Source of the DNA: the human T2T-CHM13v2.0 reference genome, Homo sapiens
Strand: one strand, 5' to 3'
DNA length: 64,000 nt
Assembly: GCF_009914755.1 (NCBI RefSeq)
Contig: NC_060932.1
Positions 17,264 through 33,660 of the stretch are shown here, in pieces; position 1 is the first letter of the stretch; each line of letters begins with the position of its first letter. The position numbers and the translations under genes were made by a program. Below the pieces are notes generated by a model. It saw only the letters and a program-made list of their open reading frames with translations. It was not told the origin of the DNA and did no database searches.

Positions 17264-17947
17264 TCAGTCCTGTTGGACCATGTGTGAGACTGGTTCTGAA
17301 CTCGGTGACCTCCATCTCCGGGGGCAGTCTGATCTGTAGTGGTCTTTGCCACAGGCTGGACAGGGTTGAGGTGGCTTTTCCTTGCTGCCTGGGTACTCCT
17401 TCTTAAAGTGTCCTGACTTTCCACATCGATAGCCACTAGCAGACGCACCATGGGGATCCTGAACTTTGTAAGCCTGCAAAGCGGCTACTAGAGCCTCTGT
17501 CGTTTTCTTGTGCTTCCTCTCTTTCTGCTCGACCTCCTCCTGATCCCTATTATAAAAGACCGAAGTGTTCACTCTCAGGAGGTTTTCCAAGGTGCTATCT
17601 GCTCCTATAGCCTCCTTATGCAGCTTCCTTCTAATATCAGGATCTGCCTGTGTAATAAACTTGTCCTTTAGGATGAGCTGTCCTTCTACTGAATCAAGGG
17701 ATAAGGAGGTGTGTTTTATTAGTGGCTCTCTCAGCCTTTCCATAAAGGCTGTGTGATTCTCATCTGGTTTTTGGTCTATCATGGACAGCTTAAAGTAATT
17801 AAGAGATTTGGTCCTAGTTCTTTGTAAGCCCTCTAATATGCACATTAAAAAGAGTTTCTCTTTCCATTCGTTTGTGGAGCTATCGGAGTTCCAATCAGGA
17901 TTGTCAAGAGGAACTATTTCCCTTCCTGTTGGGAATGGCGTTTCCAT
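17264..17947 (-). pseudogene. ERV gag C-terminal remnant (capsid MHR and zinc knuckles)
   Basis: 227-aa ORF with QKPDENHTAFMERLRE (MHR), DKFITQADPDIRRKL, degenerate YRCGKSGHFKKEY and CPACGKDHYRSDC. Confidence 0.9.
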
Positions 17948-17962
17948 TATTTCTTTGTGTTC

Positions 17963-20216
17963 TGTATTAGTCTGTTGTCACACTGCTGATAAAGACATAC
18001 CCAAGACTGGGAAGAAAAAGAGGCTTAATTGGACTTACAGTTCCACATTGCTGGAAAGGCCTCAGAATCATGGCAGGAAGCAAAAGGCCCTTCTTACATG
18101 GTGGCAAAAGAAATGAGGAAGATGCAAAAGAGAAACCCCTGATAAAATCACCAGATCTCGTGAGACTTATTCACTACCACTAGAACAGTATGGGGGAAAC
18201 CGCTCCCATGATTCAAATTATCTCCCACTGGGTCCCTCCCACAACTTTATGGGAATTATCGGAGTATAATTCAACATGAGATTTGGGTGGAGACACAGAG
18301 CCAAACCATATTCTGTCCCTGGTCCCTCCAAATCTCATGTCCTCACATTTCAAAACCAATCACACCTTCCCAACCGTCCCCCAAAGTCTTAACTCATTTA
18401 AGCATTACCTCAAAAGTCCACAGTCCAAAGTCTTATCTGAGACATGGCAAGTCCCTTCTGCCTATGAGCCTGTAAAATCAAAAGCAAGCTAGTTACCTCT
18501 TGGATACAATGGAAGTACAGGTATTGGGTAAATACAGCCATTCCACATGGGAGAAATTGGCCAAAACAAAGGGGTTACAGGGCCCATGCAAATCTGAAAT
18601 TTAGCAGGGCTGTAAAATTTTAAAGCCCCCAAATAATCTCCTTTGACTCCAGGTCTCACTTTCAGGTCACGCTGATGCAAGAGATGGGTTCCCATGGTCT
18701 TGAGCAGCTCTGCCCCTGTGGCTTTGCAGAGTACAGCCTCCCTCCCAGCTGCTTCCATGGGCTGGCATTGAGTGTCTGTGACTTTTCCAGGCGAACAGTG
18801 CAAGCTGTCAGTGGATTTACCATTCTGGGGTCTGGAAGACTGTGGCCTTCTTCTCGCAGCTCCACTAGGTGGTGCCACAGTAGGGACTCTATATATGGGG
18901 TCTCTGACCCCACATTTTCCTTCTGTTATTGACCTAGCAGAGGTTCTCCATAAGCACCCTGCCCCTGCAGCAAACTTCTGCCTGAGCATCCAGTTGTTTC
19001 CATACATCTTCTGAAATCTAGGTGGAGGTTCCCAATCCCCAATTCTTGACTTCCGAGTACTCACAGGCTCCACACCATGTGGAAGCTGCCAAGTCTTGGG
19101 GCTTGCACCCTCTGAAGCCATGGACCAAGCTTTATGTTGGCCCCTTTCAGCCACAGCTGGAGTGGCTGGGATGCAGGGCACCAACTCCCTAGGCTGCACA
19201 CAGCACGAGGACCCTGGGCCCAGTCCACAAAACCATTTTCTCCTAGGCCTCCTGGCCTGTGATGGGAGGGACTGCTATGAAGACCTCTGACTTGCCCTGG
19301 AGACATTTTCCCCATTATCTTGAAGATTAACATTCAGCTTATTAGTTACGCAAATTTCTGCAGCTGGCTTGAATTTCTCCTGAGAAAATGGGTTTTTCTT
19401 TTCTATCACATTGTCAGGCTGCAAATTTTCCAAACTTTCATGCTCTGCTTTCCTTATAAAACTGAATCCCTTTAACAGCACCCACATCACCTCTTGAATG
19501 CTTTGCTGCTTAGAAATTTCTTCTGCCAGATAACCTATATCATCTCTCTCAAGTTCAAAGTTCCACAAATCTCTAGGGCAGGGGAGAAATGCCACCAGTC
19601 TCTTTGCTAAAATATAAGGAGAGTCACCTTTGCTCCAGTTCCCAAGTTCCTCATCTCCATCTGAGACCACCTCAGGCTGGACCTTATGGTCTATATTGCT
19701 ACCAGGCTTTTGGTCAAAGCCATTCAGCAAGTCTCTAGAAAAGTTTCAAACTTTCCCATGTTTTCTGTCTTCTTCTGAGCCCTGCAAACTGTTACCCAAT
19801 TCCAAAGTCACCTCCACATTTTCAGGTATCTTTTCAGCAACACCCACTCTACTGGTACCAATTTATTGTATTAGTCCATTTCACGCTGCTGATAAATACA
19901 TACCCAAGACTGAGAAGCAAAAGAGGTTTAATTGAACTTTACAGTTCCACATGGCTGGGGAGGCCTCAGAATCATGGCAGGAGGTGAAAGGCAATTCTTA
20001 TATAGCGGCGGCAAGAAAAAATGAGAAAGATGCTAAAGCAGAAACCCCTGATAAAACCACCAGATCTCATGAGACTTATTCACTACCATGAGAATATGGG
20101 GGAAATCACCCCCATGATTCAAATTATGTTACACGACGTCCCTCCCACAACACATAAAAATTATGGGAGTACAATTCAAGATGAGATTTGGGTGGAAACA
20201 GAGCCAAAACATATCA
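17963..20216 (-). mobile_element. Full-length THE1A-like MaLR (LTR 17963-18311, internal, LTR ~19867-20216) inserted in ERV gag
   Basis: Two ~350-bp direct LTRs tgtattagtc...ccaaa(a/c)catat; internal minus-strand ORFs (EVVSDGDEELGNWSKGD, LAEEISKQQSIQ) typical of MaLR; gag resumes on both sides. Confidence 0.93.
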
Positions 20217-22056
20217 CCTTCCCTATCTCCTTTTTTCCTTTTTGACCTACTATAGGAGATATATTGCTCATCTCCAAAATTTTCTACTGCCTACAAAGCT
20301 GCCTGTTTTTCAGCAGCAGTGAGGGTTTGGCTTAGGAGCAGCATAACCTCCCTCCATGTGAGGTTAAACATCTGAGTTAAATTTTGGAAAGCTTCCTATC
20401 AGAGTTGTCAGAAAATTGGCCTAAGTCTCCCTTTATTTGCCTAAGGTCCTGTAATGAGAAGGGAACTTAAAGGGGTCCCAAATAAGGGGGATCCTCAGAT
20501 GGTTTCTCTATAATTTACTTCTTTAATACTGGGGAATCATTCTCTATACACCTGCCTGATATGACTGCTGAAAGAGCTGGGTTGATTTTGCAGTGCTTGC
20601 AAAGGTCTAGTAAGAATGTCATCCCCTTGTGCAAAGAAAAATGAACTGCTTTTTTCTTCAAAGTTTTGCAGTTAAAGGAGTCCCAATCTCTCAGAATACA
20701 CTTGAGAGGAGTGCAGGCTGAAAACGGTCTGATACCGATCTAGAAAGAGAAGTGAGAAAAAAAGGATCTTTTCCTTGGGATGGTCCAAGGTGGCGGGGAA
20801 GACACTGGGGGCGTTCCCCCTACTGTTTCCTCTCCTTGGTTCCTGGGGTCCTGGCACCTTGTTAAACATGCCACCCAGGGTTGCCAGCATGACCCCCAAG
20901 CCATGGAACCAGAGGAACTAAGTGATGAGTTTAGTCATGTGTACCCATGCAGCCCTAGTTCTGTTTGTGATTCCCCTTTCACTTCCTAGATTTGTATGAT
21001 CTGCATGGCTCCCTGAAAGACAGATCTCAGGAAAGACTATGTAATAGTTGCATTTGGCCAAGGCCCCTTTAATGGAGGGGGTGTACTAGATTGAACTCTA
21101 TATCCTGCAATTATGGCCTGTGCTAAAGCATTTACCCTTAGAGAATGGTTCTGGTTAGCTTCTGGACTTACAATCCCCTTACTATTTAAGTACCATTTTA
21201 ACTACAAGCAGGATAGATGCCTTACAAGAAAATAGTGATTAAATGATGGTTTTCCTGCTGATGGACAGTTTTGAGACTAAAATTTGGTTTCAGAGGACAT
21301 TTTCCTTCTGATCATTGATGGCATAGTTTTTCTTATTCACAGAAGAGGCATAAAGCCTGGACTCTAATAGAGGGGTGCAAAAAGGGAGGAGAATTGGGAA
21401 GCTAGAGTGTCTCAGCAAAGGACCAACAATGTGCCTCATGGAATGAACTTCTATTCCACTAAGTGATGCTGTTGACCTAGAAATACCATGTGCTTGCCAG
21501 AGGAAGGGTAGAAACACTCACTTGGGGAGACCTTCTGCTCCTAGAAAATTACAAAAACGGCATTCCCTTGAGCTACACTCCCAGTTACTATAGCATTTTC
21601 TGATCTTTCATAACAGGACTATTTCCCTGAACTGTAAAAATTCCCACAGCATTGCACAGAGAGAGAGAGGATAGGAGACATGATGGTCGTGGATAGGAAA
21701 GGAGAACATTTGCAATTAAAAAAGCTGGAGATACTGTTGCCAATCCGATTGGGCAGTTGGAGGCTGGGGTCAGTCCAGAAGCCTTTGAATGACACCAGGG
21801 TGTAGCCCTGGCCAGAAATCCTCAGTTGCTCCAGGACCTCTTCCAGCCCCAAGAGTATGGCTAGGTCTTCCATGAAGAGAAACCGGTTTGAAACATAGAC
21901 AAAATGCCCAGCAATCTGAGCGCACTGGGGGATTCGCCATGTTCTCTCCAAAAAGCCTGTCATGAGACTTGAGAACCACAGCTCACCCTAGAGGCATCTA
22001 GATGGCCATCAGACACACAATATATGGTCTGATTTGATTTTAAAATGGAGGCCAAG

Positions 22057-22375
22057 GGCCAGGTGTGGCGGCTCACACATAATTCCAGCACTTTGGGAGG
22101 CCGAGGTGGGCAGCTCACTTAAGGCCAGGAGTTTGAGGCCAGCCTGACCAATATGGCAAAACCCCATCTCTACTAAAGAATACAAAAATTAGCTGGGTGT
22201 GGTGGCACATGCCTGTAATTCTAGCTACATAGGAGGCTGAGCAATGAGAATAACTTGAACCTGGGAAACAGAGGTTGCAGTGAACCAAGATCATGACACT
22301 GCACTCCAACCTGAGTGTTATAGTGAGATTCTGTCACAAAAATAAATAAATAAATAAATAAAAGTAATAAATAAA
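22057..22375 (+). mobile_element. Alu (AluS)
   Basis: Full Alu with (AAAT)n tail; TSD taaaatggaggc. Confidence 0.95.
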
Positions 22376-22447
22376 ATGGAGGCGGAGAGCCCTGAAATGA
22401 AAGGACAGAGTTGAGGTCCACTCCTACCTATACTCACCCTCTTGATA

Positions 22448-22465
22448 ATCCCAGACAAGCTCCCA
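22448..22465 (-). promoter_or_regulatory. Primer-binding site, tRNA-Pro
   Basis: Minus strand tgggagcttgtctgggat matches tgggggctcgtccgggat at 15/18 positions, 3 nt after the LTR terminal CA. Confidence 0.85.
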
Positions 22466-22468
22466 CAG

Positions 22469-23099
22469 TGAAGCTGTGTCATTTGTCTGGGGTAGTACCC
22501 AAGGTTCACTGCCTCACGCTAAGGAAATCAAGGACACAGACACACACACAAGGAGTGGGTTTAATAGCAGAAGTTTAATAGGAAAAAGAAAGAAGAGCGC
22601 TTTCTTATGCAAAGAGTTCCCAAACGGTTTTCGGGTTCACAGTGAGATGTAGTTGGTTTACAGATGAGCTTGAGGAAGTGGTGTCTGATTTACATAGGGC
22701 ACAGAGGATTGGTTAAACGAGGTGTGCCATTTACATAGTGCACAAAGAGGCTGGCCATCCCACCCTGATCTTTTATTATGCAAATTCGGTCTCTAACAGG
22801 CTGGCACCATGTTGCCTGCTTCGTGCTGCACACGTGGTGACAAAAAAAAAAAAAAAAAAAAAAAAACAGAAAAAGGGAACTTCCATGTTGACTATACCTG
22901 GCTTCCAGGTATCCCTTTCCTATTGGCACAGCTGCCAGCATTTATCTATGCAAGTTGTCTATGCTTGCAGCTTGATTTTTCAGGCTGCTTTTTGTTAGGA
23001 AAAAAAAATTATTTGGGGGCTGCTTTTTATTGAAAGGAAAACCTTACTGAGGACTTTTACCCTATCTACCTAAATAATATCTTTTTAGTTCCTGTATCA
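22469..23099 (-). mobile_element. 5' LTR of the ERV (LTR9-like)
   Basis: Minus strand begins TGatacaggaactaaaaaga and ends cagcttCA directly before the PBS; ~630 bp. Confidence 0.85.
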
Positions 23100-23729
23100 G
23101 AATGATGCCAGTATTCCCTGGGCAGCCCCAGCTGGTGTCTAAGTAGATCATGTTTCCCCACCCCGCCCCCAACCAGTCCACTGTAGTCCACTGTCTCTGG
23201 GCCTAGTTCAGCACTAGGACTTGCCTAGGCATTGTAGTCCTTATGGTCTAAACTGCCTTTCAAGTTTACTGGGAGACAGAGTGTTGTAGTCCTCAGTAGT
23301 GAGGTTTGTGAGAACACAAGTTCTGACCACTGAGATCAGCAATTCCCCTCCGGCTAGGGCTGGTTTAAATGCTCCCTCTGTGGGCAGGCATCAGCTGAGT
23401 TGGGTCTGGTTTTCCTTTCTACTCTAACAGAAAAGCACTGAGTTCAATGCCTAACAATTACTGTGTTCTCCCTCCCCTAGTGCCCAGAGATAATCTCCAT
23501 ACCATGATGCTGCTGCTGGGGGCAGGAGAAGAGTGACGTCAATAACTCAGGACTGTTTTTTATCTGTCTCTTCAGTGCCTCTTTCAGTGATATAAAGTTA
23601 AAACCAGGTACTATGAGTGCTCACCTGATTTTTGGTTATGGCATTTTTTCATGTAGTTTTAAAATTGGTGTCCTTGCAGAAGGACGGTCAGTGGAGCATT
23701 TCATTTCACCATCTTGCTCTGCCTCCTCT
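23100..23729 (-). mobile_element. Old L1 5' UTR fragment (L1M/L1MA type)
   Basis: Ends ccatcttgctctgcctcctc, the antisense of the L1 start gaggaggcagagcaagatgg. Confidence 0.7.
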
Positions 23730-24690
23730 TGTGGACTTTTCTTATTCATATAGTTTCCTTATTTATCTATTCTCCAGTAGTATACTGAGCTTATCTATCT
23801 GTTCTCTAGTAGCTTACTGAGCTTATCTATCTGTTCTCTAGTAGTTCACTGAACATCTTTAAGATGATTGTTTTCAGTTCTATTTCAAGTAATTTATAGA
23901 TGTCTGTTTATTTAGGGTCAGTTTTTGGAGCTCTGTTAGTTTTCTTTTGTAGTTTGTGATCTTTGTATTCTTACATTGGTGGTTCATTTGAAGGAGGAGC
24001 CACCTCTTCTAGTCTTTACAAGCTGGCTTTTCCAGGGGAAAACCCTTCACTAGTCAGCCTCTCCTGAGATGCTGGCAAGCCAGATGGTTGCATCTGTGAA
24101 TGGATAGGCCTTCTGTCAGTGTCTCCAGAGTCTGTGGTCAGAAGAAGCTTGCTGCTTCTGCTTTGCAGTAGTGTGGGCCCAGCTGGCTTGGCTCCTGAAC
24201 AGGTGAGGCCAGAGAGAGGGGCTTCAGTCAGGCCAGGCCAATGACTGTGGCTGTGGACTACTGCCAAGATCCATGCACCCTAGCCACCGAAAGATGCCAC
24301 CATCTTTCTTTGTTCCTAGCTGTCCCCAGGTGGCCTAGCCATGCTTGCTTCCTCGGTGTTCTGTTTGAGGTGAGACAGAAGTGGGCCTCTTGGGAAGGGC
24401 CCCAAATGCTGGGGAAGCTGAACACCCACCTTGGTCTCTCTTTAACCCACTGGAGAAATCAGAGTGAGGACATCTTTCTTGGCACTAGAGATATGAATAA
24501 AATGGAAATTTTTAAATTGTGCTTTTTAATGTAGTTTTCCTGGGCTTTTGTGCACTACTGGGGTGCTCAACCCCTGGGTTCTGGAACTCCTACAAAGGTG
24601 CTCTCATTCGTAGATATTGTTAAATTGGTGTTTCAGTAAGAAAACCAGGGTAAGAACCTTCTATTCTGCCATCTTGCTGACATCGCCACT
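23730..24690 (-). mobile_element. Second, older L1M 5' region fragment
   Basis: Antisense ORF1-like T-rich tract and terminal ttctattctgccatcttgctgacatc. Confidence 0.6.
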
Positions 24691-25891
24691 GTCTGGCTGA
24701 CTTCTTATAGACTCCTTCTGCGGCTCAGTCCACATAGCCTCCTTTGGATGAGGTTTCTTTGCCCTGTGGAGAGGAACCTGTCCAGATCACTCAAGCCTAG
24801 GTCTTCTCTGAAATATCTACTTGATCCATGTGATCCCCTCATTACCTTCCACATAATGTAAATTCTGTGCCCCTTACTCCTTGCCTTGCTAGTGGATAAG
24901 TCCCACCAAAGCCCTGTTGTCAGAATTCTTAAGGTAATAATCATGCAATTATCTCCTCTGGTTAACATATGGCATATTCCTTCAAGAATCTTCTCTCTCT
25001 CAGCTCTAGCAGCATGGGGCTGACTCACCAAGTTTCTACATCTTGGCCAGCATTCAGGTAGGGAGTGAGGTAACAGGCTTTTCACTTGAAGATCTTCATA
25101 GTCTCTATGACTGCTTTATTTTGCAGGGAGGAGAAGGTAGCTTACCCTCATTTGTATTCTGGGTAAGGGTGAGAAGGCACCAAGAGGTGAAGAGAGGAAA
25201 AGCCATAGCATTCACTAAACTTTGCATTCCCTTCAAATAATACTTCAATAAATATCTAACCTTATTCTTTTAGACTGTTGTAGATGACCGTCACTAAACC
25301 TCATGGATAAAACAAGGCTTCTCTCATTCATTGTCCTCAGTTTTCTAGTTTCATTTGAATTTCTGTGAAAACAGGGTAGGCCTCACTCCTATTTTGTTTT
25401 ACATATCTTTGAATTATTGGAAAATAAATTCAAGATTTTTAATTCATTATACACAAAGTAAGAACTTCTTAGAATATATCCACTATTATAGAGTAAAGAA
25501 CACTGGACAAGTAAGAACACTGAAATTTGCATACCACCTCCATATCTTTCAAATTGTGCATCAAGGTGAGAGTGTCTTTACCTCAATAAACTTCTAGTTA
25601 CCAATCTATAAAATGAAAACACACAAAACACACACCTGGAATATTGAGAACAGAATAAAATAGAATATCTAGAACAATTATCTACAGTCTCGGGTGACTG
25701 CATGAAACTGAATGTTATAAATTATAACGTTTTATAAGAAAGACATTACTAAATTATCAGCTCCTCAAGTTCAGGGACCATGTCCTGTTTGTATTTCTAT
25801 AAAAGCATTCAAATATTTATTGGATGCATAAAGCTTTGAATAAACCTAAAATGAAAGTAGTAAAATGGAAAAATGAAGACAACAGGGGTAT

Positions 25892-26365
25892 CTGTGATAG
25901 GCAGAATAATGGTCCCCCAAAGAGGTCCACATGCTTACTCCTGGAACCTGTGAATATATTATGTTACATGGCTTAGGGCAATTAAGGTTGCAGACAGAAT
26001 TAAAATTTTTAATCAGCTCACCTTAAAACGGAAAGAGAATCCTAGATTATCAAGATGAGTCCAATGCAATCACCAACCTCTTCAAGGTGGAAGAGGAAGA
26101 CAGAAGATGGAGAAACAGAGATGGCAGCATGAGGAAGACTACTTGATGTTGCTTCTTTTGAAGACTGAAGAGTGAGGCCAAGAGCCAAGGAATGCAGGTG
26201 GCCTCTAGGGGTTCAAAAAGGAAGAGAAACAGATTCTCCCGAGTGTCCAGAAGAAATGCCATCCTGCCGAAACCTTGATTTTAGCCAAGTGAGACCCATT
26301 TCAGACTTCTAAATTTCAGAAAAGGAAGGTAATAAATCGGAGTTGTTTTAATCCACCAATTAAAC
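25892..26365 (+). mobile_element. MLT1D-like solo LTR
   Basis: tgtgataggcagaataatggtcccccaaagaggtccac...agccaaggaatgcaggtggcctctag...gagacccatttcagacttct...aataaa. Confidence 0.85.
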
Positions 26366-27415
26366 TAAAATAGTGTATAACACTAACAGTACATAAAGGT
26401 TGGTCTGCAAGAGAACAGTGAAAAAAAAATATGTCAGGTACAAGCCCAAGCTAACATGAGCTCGACAAACTATCCATAAAAGGAGGGAGGAGGAGCCAAG
26501 ATGGCCGAATAGGAACAGCTCTGGTCTACAGCTCCCAGTGTGAGCGACGCAGAAGACGGGTGATATCTGCATTTCCACCTGAGGTACCAGGTTCATCTCA
26601 CTAGGGAGTGCCAGACAGTGGGCGCAGGTCAGTGGGTGCATGCACCATTCACGAGCTGAAGCAGGGCGAGGCATTGCCTCACTCTGGAAGCGCAAGGGGT
26701 CAGGGAGTTCCCTTTCCTAGTCAAAGAAAGTGGTGACAGACAGCACCTGGAAAATCGGGTCACTCCCACCCGAATACCGCGCTTTTCCAATGGGCTCCTG
26801 GTGCGCTTTTCAGCCAGGCTTAAAAAACGGTGCACCAGGAGATTACATCCGGCACCTGGCTCGGAGGGTCCTATGCCCACGGAGTCTCACTGATTGCTAG
26901 CACAGCAGTCTGAGATCAAACTGCAAGGTGGCAGCGAGGCTGGGGGAGGGGCGCCCGCCATTGCCCAGGCTTGCTTAGGTAAACAAAGCAGCTGGGAAGC
27001 TCCAACTGGGTGGATCCCACCACAGCTCAAGGACGCCTGCCTGCCTCTGTAGGCTCCACCTCTGGGGGCAGGGCACAGACAAACAAAAAGACAGCAGTAA
27101 CCTCTGCAGACTTAAATATCCCTGTCTGACAGCTTTGAAGAGAGCAGTGGTTCTCCCAGCACGCAGCTGCAGATCTCAGAACAGGCAGATTGCTTCCTCA
27201 AGTGGGTCCCTGACCCCTGACCCCCGAGCAGCCTAACTGGGAGGCATCCCCCAGCAGGGGCAGACTGACACCTCACACGGCCTGGTACTCCAACAGACCT
27301 GCAGCTGAGGGTCCTGTCTGTTAGAAGGAAAACTAACAAACAGAAAGGACATCCACCCAAAAACCCATCTGTACATCACCATCATCAAAGACCAAAAGTA
27401 GATAAAACCACAAAG

Positions 27416-28425
27416 ATGGGGAAAAAACAGAGCAGAAAAACTGGAAACTCTAAAAAGCAGAGCGCCTCTCCTCCTCCAAAGGAACGCAGCTCCTCACCAG
27501 CAACGGAACAAAGCTGGATGGAGAGTGACTTTGACAAGCTGAGAGAAGGCTTCAGACGATCAAATTACTCCGAGCTATGGGAGGACATTCAAACCAAAGG
27601 CAAAGAAGTTGAAAACTTTGAAAAAAAATTTAAAAGAATGTATAACTAGAATAACCAATACAGAGAAGTGCTTAAAGGAGCTGATGGAGCTGAAAACCAA
27701 GGCTCGAGAACTATGTGAAGAATGCAGAAGCCTCAGGAGCCGATGTGATCAACTGGAAGAAAGGGTATCAGCGATGGAAGATGAAATGAATGAAATGAAG
27801 CAAGAAGGGAAGTTTAGAGAAAAAAGAATAAAAAGAAACGAGCAAAGCCTCCAAGAAATATGGGACTATGTGAAAAGACCAAATCTACGTCTCATTGGTG
27901 TACCTGAAAGTGACGGGGAGAATGGAACCAAGTTGGAAAACACTCTGCAGGATATTATCCAGGAGAACTTCCCCAATCTAGCAAGGCAGGCCAATGTTCA
28001 GATTCAGGAAATACAGAGAACGCCACAAAGATACTCCTCGAGAAGAGCAACTCCAAGACATATAATTGTCAGATTCACCAAAGTTGAAATGAAGGAAAAA
28101 ATGTTAAGTGCAGCCACAGAGAAAGGTTGGGTTACCCACAAAGGGAAGCCCATCAGACTAACAGCAGATCTCTCAGCAGAAACTCTACAAGCCAGAAGAG
28201 AGTGGGGGCCAATATTCAACATTCTTAAAGAATTTTCAACCCAGAATTTCATATCCAGCCAAAATAAGCTTCATAAGTGAAGGAGAAATAAAATACTTTA
28301 CAGACAAGGAAATGCTGAGAGATTTTGTCACCACCAGTCCTGCCCTAAAAGACCTCCTGAAGGAAGCGCTAAACATGGAAAGGAACAACCAGTACCAGCC
28401 ACTGCAAAATCATGCCAAAATGTAA
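27416..28425 (+). pseudogene. L1 ORF1p, frameshifted
   Basis: MGKKQSRKTGNSK start; frames shift near 27625 and 28235; YVKRPNLRLIGVPE and ARREWGPIF motifs. Confidence 0.95.
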
Positions 28426-28488
28426 AGACCATCAAGACTAGGAAGAAACCGCATCAACTAATGAGCAAAATAACCAGCTAACATCATA

Positions 28489-32315
<3,827 letters not shown>

Positions 32316-33399
32316 AATATGAGAACACTTGGACTAAGGAAGGGGAACATCACACTCTGGGACTGTTGTGGGGTCGGGAGAGGGGGGAGGGATAGCATTG
32401 GGAGATATACCTAATGCTAGATGATGAGTTAGTGGGTGCAGCGCACCAGCATGGCACATGTATACATATGTAACTAACCTGCACATTGTGCACGTGTACC
32501 CTAAAACTTAAAGTATAATAAAAAAAAAAATTAACCAACATTAGATGTGAAGAGATCTTAAATATCACCTAGCCCTGCTCCCTCATTACATAGGCAACAA
32601 AACTTGGGCCCAAGGGAAAAAATATGTCGTAATTTCTAACCAAGAAAAATTTGCAAATGTGATGGCAATAGGCCAATTGCAGAAATGTGCTCAATGCCAA
32701 AGGACCAATGGCCTAACAGAGTTATTGTCTATCATAATAAATCTAATGAAAATATGTAATCATGTTATATTATATTATATTATATATTGATCACAACAAG
32801 TAATAGTACTGATGAACAACACTCTAATAAAAATGGCAGTCAAATTAGGAAGCCCTTGGTTATGTGTGAGAGGGGAAAATCTTTGATAGAATGATTAGTA
32901 ATTATGATTATAGAAAACATTTCTAATATGGTAACAAATTAATTAAAAATTAATGTGTTTATTTTAACAAATTATAAAATGACTTTTACGATTCATTTCA
33001 GAAAATAAGCACCACTAATTTTGGTGATTGACTAAGATGAAGGAGCTTAGGATTGATAATGTCTTCTCAATAAGAAATTACAGCTAACCGATAGGGCATT
33101 ATAATATAGGAGTCAATCAGGAAACTGCAACATTTACCAGAGAAATAAAACCATGAGATGTAATTTATAACAATATTTCAATTTATGCCACAAATAATAA
33201 TACCAGATTCTGTTTGACAGCTTACAGAAAATGATCTGAAAAGAAATTTATAGTTTTAATACATCTTTAAATATAAATATATTTTCTTATTAATAGTATT
33301 CATTAGTGTACTCTGTATGGTATTTAATATGAGATATTATGAAGAATACTATTAATATATTCAACTAATACTTCTTTCCTTCATGAGAAATATTCTTTA

Positions 33400-33660
33400 T
33401 CTTGTCTCTAACCCCTATTTATAAAACCAAACTCATCCACATCATCTCCAACCAACTCCTCCTCCAAACTTCCATAATGTTACTGAAGATTTAGCTTTAT
33501 CTCAGACTATTCAAGTGCAGTCACTTGGAGTCATCTTTTATTTTTCCTTTATCTGTATTGCGTAAGTATTGAAGAGTCTATCTCCAAATTTTTCTGTTAT
33601 GTTTATCCTTTTGATTTTTACACTAATTTAGACCCAATTACTTCTAATGTCTTATCCTGT
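33400..33660 (+). mobile_element. L2 fragment
   Basis: aaaccaaactcatc...cctcctcc...cttggagtcatctt motifs. Confidence 0.5.

Noticed and set aside
17264-17947. 227-aa ORF as a domesticated gag gene
   Set aside because: Truncated by the THE1A insertion, first zinc knuckle degenerate, surrounding provirus full of stops
18489-19730. 236-aa and 151-aa ORFs as novel proteins
   Set aside because: Standard MaLR/THE1 internal reading-frame remnants
22842-22867. Poly(A) run as the tail of a processed pseudogene
   Set aside because: Lies inside the LTR with LTR sequence continuing on both sides; no TSD or upstream cDNA
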